This document shows positions 26,011 to 32,000 of a stretch of DNA of 32,000 nucleotides, in pieces. The position numbers and the translations under genes are program-made. How positions within the stretch are numbered: the first letter of the stretch is position 1; every line of letters starts with the position of its first letter. Origin of the DNA: an uncultured Chloroflexia bacterium (GTDB taxonomy: Bacteria > Chloroflexota > Anaerolineae > Anaerolineales > Anaerolineaceae); contig OY969938.1 of NCBI GenBank assembly GCA_963704755.1, positions 2,190,001 to 2,222,000 on the forward strand, read 5' to 3'. The notes below the pieces were generated by a model that was given only the letters and a program-made list of their open reading frames with translations, did no database searches and was not told the origin of the DNA.

Positions 26011-26038
26011 ATTATAGGTATAGATCGCGATTTGTCAA
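26011..26038 (-). promoter_or_regulatory. Near-consensus sigma70 promoter of cluster A
   Basis: On the minus strand: TTGACA (26038-26033), 16-nt spacer, TATAAT (26016-26011). Confidence 0.65.
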
Positions 26039-26190
26039 TAAATTTTGGGGGATTCTAATGTTTTCTGTACCGTCTGGTAACTAAATTTAAACTAATCCGA
26101 ACGGAACCGGACCGGCGTCCGCCGCCAGCAGGCAAAAGTATTTTTTTTGGTATAAATTCCGATAGATTTCTGCAACCGGCCAGGGATCGA

Positions 26191-27546
26191 CTAGCCGGCC
26201 GGTGTGGCCGTCGGCGGGGGCGTCGCTGGGGTAGCGCTTGCCGGCGCCGGTGCAGTCGGCGTGGGCAGCGGATCGGTCGGCGCGGGTGTATCCGTCGGGG
26301 CAGGCGTAGGGTCAGCCGCAGTTGGGCTGGGTGTGACTGGGATATCCGTGGCCGCCTCAGCGGTCGCTGTGGGGCAGACAGTGGTCGCATCCGCGGTCGC
26401 GGTGGGGCTGTCCGCCGGTTGCGGAGGGGTCGGGGTTTCGGCCGGTCCGGCCGGCGTAGGAGCGAGCGTATCCGTCTGGCCGGGCTCCGACGTGGCCGTG
26501 GGAGTTGGGGTCGCCTCTCCCGGCAGGACCAACGCAATGCGCACGTCCGGTCCATTGGGGCAGGGGTCACTGCCCGGGCAGGCCGGGTCGCCCGGCAGCC
26601 AGCCGGTGTAATTGTCGATGCGCACCTGGGCCTGCAACAGGTAATGCTGGCCGGGTTGAGGGCTAAAGTGGATGAGGAAGTAATTATCCAGGGTATCGCC
26701 CGCGTTCAAAGGCGAATCGCTCGACCATTCCCAGGGTTCCGAGACGGCCTGGTCCGGCTTGCCATCCGCACCCGCGCTGAACAGTTGGGCCTTCACCGCC
26801 AAGCCTTCGGCCGGCAGTACGCCGGTATTGTGCAGTTGCAAGTGCCCGGACACATCCAGCCCATCCGCAACCGGGTCGATGTCGGCTTCCAGTTGAGCTT
26901 CGATCTCGGCCGCCGGTACGGAGGTACCCGTAAGGGCTGGGGCGGTGGGAGTCGGCAGCGGGCTCGGGGCAGCCAGCTCGAAATCTGCCTGGGCCATGGC
27001 TCCGTAGGCGCATTCGCCCGCGCTGCCGCAGTCGGCCGACTCGATGCCGGCGGTGGCGTGGTTGCGGATGCTCACCTGGGCGATATTGCGGTACTGTCTT
27101 ATGCTCTCCGGGGGGCGAAATTCGAACTCATACGGGAAGCAGGTTTGCTGGCCGGCCTTGACTTGCTGATCCGGTTGGATATTTTTGCTGGCGCCATCCA
27201 GGGGGACGTATTGGCCGCTCCCGTCCAGGTATTCGAGCTGGTCGAGAATGTTTAATCCCTGGGTGGCATACTTGCCGGTATTGCTGACACAAATTTCTCC
27301 GCTGACCACCGCTGTTCCGGTTTCAGCCGTCCCGTCGGCGCCGGCTTTCCAATGCGCCTTGGCGGATTTTTGCGCCTGAATGGAGGTATTGCCCTGTTGC
27401 GACCAATCGCCGGAAGCCGCACTACCGGTGACCCCCAGTATCTCGGTCCAAAACGCATTCCCGATCGGCAGGGTCACTAACGCGCCTGCGGCCAAAACTA
27501 TCATGGCCAGGATATTCAGCATCCTCTGGCGAATGAACTTTTTCAC
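26191..27546 (-). CDS. Cluster B large secreted protein with SipW-type-like signal motif and Pro/Thr-rich tail
   Basis: The GTG at 27546 overlaps the peptidase stop (GTGA), as in cluster A. N-terminal LPIGNAFWTEILGVTGSAASG. It shares the conserved blocks listed for 21748-23049. The last roughly 110 aa are P/T/A-rich. Confidence 0.8.
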   Translation of the reverse strand: MKKFIRQRMLNILAMIVLAAGALVTLPIGNAFWTEILGVTGSAASGDWSQQGNTSIQAQKSAKAHWKAGADGTAETGTAVVSGEICVSNTGKYATQGLNILDQLEYLDGSGQYVPLDGASKNIQPDQQVKAGQQTCFPYEFEFRPPESIRQYRNIAQVSIRNHATAGIESADCGSAGECAYGAMAQADFELAAPSPLPTPTAPALTGTSVPAAEIEAQLEADIDPVADGLDVSGHLQLHNTGVLPAEGLAVKAQLFSAGADGKPDQAVSEPWEWSSDSPLNAGDTLDNYFLIHFSPQPGQHYLLQAQVRIDNYTGWLPGDPACPGSDPCPNGPDVRIALVLPGEATPTPTATSEPGQTDTLAPTPAGPAETPTPPQPADSPTATADATTVCPTATAEAATDIPVTPSPTAADPTPAPTDTPAPTDPLPTPTAPAPASATPATPPPTATPAG

Positions 27547-28805
27547 AGCAGGCTCCCTACCCACCCCAGCGCCTGGCGCAGGTAAATACTCACCCAGCCA
27601 ATTTTCGGAAGGATCAAAATCACTTTCCCTTCGTACCGGCTGGCCGGGAAGGGATCATCATCGACGTTGTTGTTATCCCCGCGGGTAGTAAAGACGATCT
27701 GCCCGCCCTCGTTTTGAATGGCGACCACCCGGTGGACCACATCGATCGTATCCCGCCGAAAGCGGATGATATCCCCTACCTGGATGGTTGCGGGCGCCAC
27801 CTGGTCGGTGACCACCACGTCGCCGGTGTAAAGGGTGGGGTTCATGCTCGGCCCGCTCATCAGCGAGGGACGAACCCCTAGAAAGCCGGTATTCAACCAG
27901 ATCAAGAGAACCGCGAAAATGCCGGTCAAAATCCAGGCCAGCGGTGAGGCCGGTTCGTTCGCCTTTTTCTTTTTGGCGGCCAGCTTTTCAGCCGGCTTTT
28001 CAACCGGTTTTTCGGCCGGCGTTTCAGCCGCCGGGTCCGGGCGGTTCAAGACCAGCATGCCCAGGACCGGCACCACCACCCCGACCAAGGCCGCGGCCAT
28101 CCAGGGCAAATCCGGCAAGATGGGCGAGAGCCATTCGAAGGCCTGCAACACTCCCCGGTAGGCGATGCTGGCCAATGGGCCGCCCTCGATCACCAGGGAG
28201 GCCGCCAGCATCAATTCGGCCATCGCCGGGAGCAGGGTTTGCCCGGTGACGCTAAAAGCCGTACTTACCTGGCTTAACTGGGCGTACTGGCCCACCGGGA
28301 TCATCAGCGCCAGGGGCAGCAGCCAGGCCAGCAGGAAACCCCAGGGTTGGCTGCTCTTCCCCACCGATTTGCCCAGGTACCAGCGTCCCATCTCGATGCC
28401 GATCAAGCGGGTGCTGAAGAACCACAGGTTGAGCGCCACCATGGTCGCCTGGCGCGCATAGGGCGAATGTCCAAAACCGAGCAGCAGCCCCAGGATCACG
28501 CCAACCGCTAGTTGAATACCGCCCAGCATAAAACCGGTCAGGACTACGTTCCCCTGGATCAGTTTTAGCCCGGAACGGCCATCGACCTTCGTCAGGCCGA
28601 GCGCCAGCAGGGCCAGGGATATCCACACGATCGGCTGGAGGATGTATAAACTGAGGTCCGCCTGAACCACCGCCGGGAAAGCAAAATTAACCAGGACGAA
28701 TACCAGCCCCATCCAGGCCACCAGGATGAGCCAACCAAAACGCTGCAGCGCCGGTTGAATTTCTTCCAGGAAATGATTTGCCTGCCCCGACTTGATTTTG
28801 TCCAT
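27543..28805 (-). CDS. Cluster B SipW-like signal peptidase I fused to an N-terminal polytopic membrane domain
   Basis: ATG at 28805 with GAGGTG 6 nt upstream. SGPSMNPTLYTGDVVV, VVHRV and TRGDNNNVDDDP. N-terminal roughly 7-TM domain with GFGHSPY. A Lys/Pro/Ala-rich linker precedes the peptidase anchor helix. Confidence 0.85.
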   Translation of the reverse strand: MDKIKSGQANHFLEEIQPALQRFGWLILVAWMGLVFVLVNFAFPAVVQADLSLYILQPIVWISLALLALGLTKVDGRSGLKLIQGNVVLTGFMLGGIQLAVGVILGLLLGFGHSPYARQATMVALNLWFFSTRLIGIEMGRWYLGKSVGKSSQPWGFLLAWLLPLALMIPVGQYAQLSQVSTAFSVTGQTLLPAMAELMLAASLVIEGGPLASIAYRGVLQAFEWLSPILPDLPWMAAALVGVVVPVLGMLVLNRPDPAAETPAEKPVEKPAEKLAAKKKKANEPASPLAWILTGIFAVLLIWLNTGFLGVRPSLMSGPSMNPTLYTGDVVVTDQVAPATIQVGDIIRFRRDTIDVVHRVVAIQNEGGQIVFTTRGDNNNVDDDPFPASRYEGKVILILPKIGWVSIYLRQALGWVGSLL

Positions 28806-28844
28806 TAAATCCACCTCGTATTTTGAATCAACGTTCGCTTGGAA

Positions 28845-28874
28845 TAAAAAAGAAAAAGGCGAAGTCTTTCCGCC
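28845..28874 (-). terminator. Terminator/attenuator between the small-protein genes and the peptidase gene (cluster B)
   Basis: On the minus strand: GGCGGAA-agac-TTCGCC followed by TTTTTCTTTTTTATT. Confidence 0.5.
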
Positions 28875-28886
28875 GGATTTACTTTG

Positions 28887-29447
28887 TTAATGTCTCTTGC
28901 TATTTTTTTGTTCCAGTTTCACCTGGATCGAGAAGGGCAAGTCGATTTTCTCTTTGACCTGGGCTCCCAGGGTCAGGGTCACATGGATTTTCGACCAGCA
29001 CGAAGACGGCAATCGGGAAGGATTCTTGCCCCAGGCGGGGGTAGAACCACAGGGCTGGATGACCTTACCCTGCATCCCTGGACCCTCGACCGCCGTAAGG
29101 ATCAGATCGTGCGGACTACGGTTGATCAGGTTAATTTGATCCACGCCAATCGGAAATTGGCCGGTATTGGCAAAATAAAGGTCGCACTGCAACTGGTAGC
29201 CCGGGTAGGCATTTTCGACCTGGATTCCCAGCGATTTGGCCCCCTGCCTGGAAGAAACCAGCCCCACATCCCAACTGGCCAGCGTGCCGGGCTGGGAAAT
29301 CGAACAAGTCCGGTAAAACCAGACCGCATCGCCCCGGCCCGGATCCAAATTTATACAGGCGTCGGCGGGCTGTGTTTTGAACAGGGTGAGCCCCACGGCG
29401 AGCAGAATAACGATCACAGACAGAAGCGGCAAGAATTTTATGTGCAT
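28887..29447 (-). CDS. Cluster B divergent small protein with the NAYPGY core but no AYGxW signal motif
   Basis: 186 aa. N-terminal anchor MHIKFLPLLSVIVILLAVGLTLF. Core ENAYPGYQLQCDLYFANTGQFPIGV. No obvious SD. No counterpart in cluster A. Confidence 0.65.
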   Translation of the reverse strand: MHIKFLPLLSVIVILLAVGLTLFKTQPADACINLDPGRGDAVWFYRTCSISQPGTLASWDVGLVSSRQGAKSLGIQVENAYPGYQLQCDLYFANTGQFPIGVDQINLINRSPHDLILTAVEGPGMQGKVIQPCGSTPAWGKNPSRLPSSCWSKIHVTLTLGAQVKEKIDLPFSIQVKLEQKNSKRH

Positions 29448-29470
29448 TTTCGGTAAATGGAATAAGCTCG

Positions 29471-29499
29471 AAAAAGGGGGTAATTCCTTACCCCCTTTT
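29471..29499. terminator. Hairpin with flanking A/T runs after the frameshifted paralog
   Basis: aaaaa-gggggtaa-ttcc-ttaccccc-tttt. It can act on either strand. Confidence 0.5.
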
Positions 29500-29503
29500 C
29501 AAA

Positions 29504-30065
29504 TTACCGGCAACTGCTCGCATTCGCTTGCTCGAAGGTGTAATGAATGGCAAAGGTGTAAGAAGCGTTTGTTTCAGCCTGGTCCAATACGGTGACCCGC
29601 ATGTTAGAGCCTTCACTGCCGCCCGGGTTGAATTTGGTGCACAACCCATCTGTCCAAACGACCTTAAGCTGGTCGCAGGTGGCGGTGAAAGTGCCGGTGG
29701 ACATGTCCTCCGGATCGACGACACAACCGGTCAGGTTGCCCTGGTTGAAATCGATATCGTCCAGGTAGACAGGGATCGTCCCGCCAACCTTGAAGTCGGC
29801 TAAGCAGTAGCCCAGGTAGCCGGGATAGGCATTATCTACCGTGACCTGAATGGTGTGCGGATCGGTCTGGCTGCTGCTGATCGTCGCGTATGGCTCGTTA
29901 TCCCCGCAGAAATGATCGATCCAGGCCGCATCGACTTCGCCGGTGGTGACTGTGCCCTGAACAGACAGCGAATTCGGCCCATACGCCATAGGCGACCCCC
30001 AATGTCAGCAGAACCACAACTAACACCAGAGCGGATATCGTTGCCATGCTTTTTGAAATTCTCAT
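29504..30065 (-). pseudogene. Cluster B TasA/camelysin-like small protein 2, disrupted by a 1-nt frameshift
   Basis: The ATG at 30065 (AAGGAG RBS) encodes MRISKSMATISALVLVVVLLTLGVAYGVWAE. The mature part SLSVQGTVTTGEVDAAW...DNAYPGYLGYCLADFKVGGTIP continues in another frame (ORF 29504-29989). The span is 562 nt, i.e. 3n+1. The shift maps to 29969-29972. Confidence 0.7.
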
Positions 30066-30080
30066 ATCCGGCTCCTTGGT

Positions 30081-30114
30081 GAAAAGATCGGGGAGGCAGG
30101 TATCCACCTCCCCG
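30081..30114 (-). terminator. Terminator/attenuator after the first small-protein gene (cluster B)
   Basis: On the minus strand: CGGGGAGG-(10 nt)-CCTCCCCG followed by ATCTTTTC. Confidence 0.5.
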
Positions 30115-30139
30115 GTCTTTCCTTTATCGTGTCAAACTA

Positions 30140-30673
30140 CTACGGAACAGCCTGCTCGGCCAGCAAAGTGTAGGTGAAGCTGTAACTTTCGTCCATGTGG
30201 CCGGTTTCGGTCGCCGGGATGGTGAAGTTCCAATAAATCCCGCCGCCATAAGTTGCAGCAGCTAAAACGTAATTGCCGCTGGTGCTGATCTGGTTGCCCT
30301 TGGCGTCGGTCAAATACATGGAGAAGAATGGAATTGTGTCCGAAGATGTTTTGACCAATCCGTGGACCTTGGCCGGGATGGAGCTCAAATTATCGATCGC
30401 CGATCCGCCTTCGCAGAAATATCCAGGGTAGCCATTGGAAATGGTGACGGTAATGTCATGGCCGTCTTCCGATAATTGGGCCGCACAGGTCGCCACGCCC
30501 TGGGCATCATCATCGTACCAAAGCGGCATGAATTTGACATCGAAACTGCCGGTGTGGACCGTACCGCCGACGGTGAGGGTCTGTGACCAGGCACCGTAGG
30601 TCAGTCCGAGGGAGGCCAGGCCGATCAGCAGCACAAAGGCCAGGGTGATATGTAAAGTTTTCTTGGAAAACAT
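30140..30673 (-). CDS. Cluster B TasA/camelysin-like small secreted protein 1
   Basis: Trimmed to the ATG at 30673 (GGAGGA RBS). MFSKKTLHITLAFVLLIGLASLGLTYGAWSQTLTVGGTVHTGSFDVKF. Core SNGYPGYFCEGGSAIDNLSSIP. The ORF-track N-terminal extension runs into the leader. Confidence 0.8.
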   Translation of the reverse strand: MFSKKTLHITLAFVLLIGLASLGLTYGAWSQTLTVGGTVHTGSFDVKFMPLWYDDDAQGVATCAAQLSEDGHDITVTISNGYPGYFCEGGSAIDNLSSIPAKVHGLVKTSSDTIPFFSMYLTDAKGNQISTSGNYVLAAATYGGGIYWNFTIPATETGHMDESYSFTYTLLAEQAVP

Positions 30674-31134
30674 GATTAAATCCTCCAGAATAAATGTATT
30701 GTAAAAAGATTTGGAGGGTGGCATAATCACTACAGTGATGCGGTGATGCGATTGCGCCACCCATGTTACCGGCCCTGGCAACCTCAACTTGCCAGGGTCC
30801 CTTTTTTGTCGGCCAGCTTTCCAGTCGAGTAGATCTCCTCTCCTTCCCCGTGGTTCTTCCAGCGCGAACTACTCCGTGGGAGGTACCCGGATTGAACTCC
30901 GCGCTACCAGGCGTGGAAAATGACCCGATCCACACCGGTAGTTTGGCTGTTTGTGCAATTTTGCTTATTTCCGTGCTGAGAGTTTCTGCTCTGGCCGGTT
31001 TTTTCGCTTCGATGCGATTAAAATAAAAAACCAGCCACTTTCGTGGCCGGTTTCGCCATTTGCTCTGTGCGAGGTAATTCCTCTTCGGAAAGGCGATCCC
31101 CCATGTCCCCCGCACTTCATCGCATCCACGTTAT
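30674..31134 (-). promoter_or_regulatory. Long (about 461-nt) 5-prime leader of cluster B, including the second copy of the structured element (31021-31134)
   Basis: Same conserved ends as the cluster A leader. Terminator hairpin 31031-31050 plus U-run 31021-30. Helix GUGCGGGG (complement of 31108-31115) pairs with CCUCGCAC (complement of 31067-31074). Anti-SD CCCTCCAAA faces SD CTGGAGGA. Confidence 0.6.
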
Positions 31135-31140
31135 GAAATC

Positions 31141-31168
31141 ATTATATAAGATTTATTGAAATTGTCAA
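31141..31168 (-). promoter_or_regulatory. Near-consensus sigma70 promoter of cluster B
   Basis: On the minus strand: TTGACA (31168-31163), 16-nt spacer, TATAAT (31146-31141). It sits in a roughly 250-bp AT-rich divergent region. Confidence 0.65.
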
Positions 31169-31408
31169 TAAAAAAAACCTTGGAATCTTATGGTAAATTT
31201 ACCAAATAGTTATTATTTTCCACAAATCAATGGATCGGAAGACTAATTCAAGCCAATAAATCAGTTTTTAGTTTTTTAAAGTAATATAAGAATTTGTTTA
31301 TCCTATTTTATAACAATTTTTTCGAACAGAGCTGTGGGACAGCTAAACCCTACCTGGGCCGGGTATATCCGCCTGCTCCTGCTATAATCCACCTATGGAG
31401 TTGCACTG

Positions 31409-32000
31409 ATGGCCGGTCCCCACCCTCCTGCGGATGCGCTGCCGCTGCCCGATTGGGCCGTGGCGGCCCAGGCTGACGCTGCCGGCCGGCGCCCGGTTGG
31501 GGGAACCCTGCGGCGATCGCTCGGCCGCATCCGCTCCAACGCTGCCGCCTGGCTGCTGGGGCTCGCCCTGGCCCTTTACCTGGCCGTGCGCCTGATCGGC
31601 CTGGCGGACTTCCCCATTTACTTCTTCACCGACGAGGCGGTCCAATCGGTGCTGGCCGGCGACCTGGTTCAGGATGGTTTCCACGGTTATTCCGGCGAGC
31701 TGCTGCCTACTTATTTTCCCAACGCCTCGCAATATAACTTGAGCTTTTCGGTCTATCTACAGGTCATCCCTTTCCTGCTGTTCGGCCATTCGGTGTACGC
31801 CACCCGCGCGGCCTCGGTACTGGTGACCCTGCTAGCCGCCCTGGCCGCCAGCCTGGCCCTGCGGGATATCTTCAAGAGCCGCTACGCCTGGCTGGGAGCG
31901 CTGCTGTTGAGTGTGACCCCGGTCTGGTTCCTGCACTCGCGCACTGCCTTCGAAACCGCCCTGGGCAGCACTTTCTTTATCGTCTTTTTGTATTGCTACG
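31409..32000 (+). CDS. GT-C fold membrane glycosyltransferase (ArnT/PMT_2-like), 5-prime partial, runs off the window
   Basis: The open frame from the ATG at 31409 to the window end is absent from the ORF track because it has no stop. MAGPHPP...AAWLLGLALALYLAVRLIGLADFPIYFFTDEAVQS... then repeated TM segments (VLVTLLAALAASLAL, LGALLLSVTPVWFLHSRTAFE). The first-loop DE motif is typical of GT-C enzymes. Confidence 0.6.
   Translation, partial: MAGPHPPADALPLPDWAVAAQADAAGRRPVGGTLRRSLGRIRSNAAAWLLGLALALYLAVRLIGLADFPIYFFTDEAVQSVLAGDLVQDGFHGYSGELLPTYFPNASQYNLSFSVYLQVIPFLLFGHSVYATRAASVLVTLLAALAASLALRDIFKSRYAWLGALLLSVTPVWFLHSRTAFETALGSTFFIVFLYCY

Noticed and set aside
25620-26058. Small plus-strand ORFs (25620-25892, 25703-25948, 25801-26058) and a minus-strand ORF (25809-26000) in the cluster A leader; likewise 30510-31115, 30763-31026 and 30951-31136 in the cluster B leader
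   Set aside because: They overlap one another in several frames and have no RBS. Conservation between the two leaders is at nucleotide and structure level, with compensatory pairing, rather than in any one reading frame.
26204-26611. Gly/Val/Ala-rich 135-aa plus-strand ORF (and 21665-21994)
   Set aside because: It is the antisense reading of the Pro/Thr/Ala-rich tails of the large cluster proteins. It is low complexity with no start context.
1-32000. tRNA, rRNA, tmRNA or RNase P genes in the intergenic regions
   Set aside because: Reading the non-coding stretches showed only repeat-family hairpins and the leaders described above. I saw no cloverleaf-compatible segments or rRNA-like conserved blocks. 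This is a visual scan only, so a tRNAscan/Infernal run would be the definitive check.

Overview
GC-rich bacterial window, probably Chloroflexota/Anaerolineae-like; that guess rests on gene content and repeat style and is low confidence. Housekeeping genes are clear: holB, a TPR protein plus a PBP1A-like protein, gatB, gatC-gatA and a NagD-like HAD phosphatase. Almost every intergenic gap is filled with short hairpin-forming dispersed repeats, including two tandem arrays (about 172-bp units at 2691-4128, about 360-bp units at 12497-13715). The most interesting region is 21.7-31.2 kb on the minus strand. It holds two tandem paralogous operons. Each has a near-consensus promoter, a roughly 455-nt leader with conserved structured ends, and 2-3 small secreted TasA/camelysin-like proteins sharing an AYGxW..TGxL signal/N-terminal motif. 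Each also encodes an ER/archaeal-type (SipW-like) signal peptidase I fused to a roughly 7-TM domain of unknown function, and a 434/452-aa secreted protein with a Pro/Thr-rich tail whose GTG start overlaps the peptidase stop (GTGA). I read this as a duplicated, architecturally novel SipW/TasA-like fibre or matrix module. Other notable items: a cytoplasmic-looking trypsin-like protease fused to a non-specific nuclease; a membrane-anchored DsbA-like gene cut by one in-frame TAA; a 1-nt frameshift in one TasA-like paralog; a GxxExxY gene inside a cassette with perfect 24-nt inverted repeats and fossil gene ends; and a PBP1A-like protein with degenerate catalytic motifs. No tRNA, rRNA or CRISPR array was recognised. 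All calls come from reading the sequence and from recalled family motifs; no searches were run.
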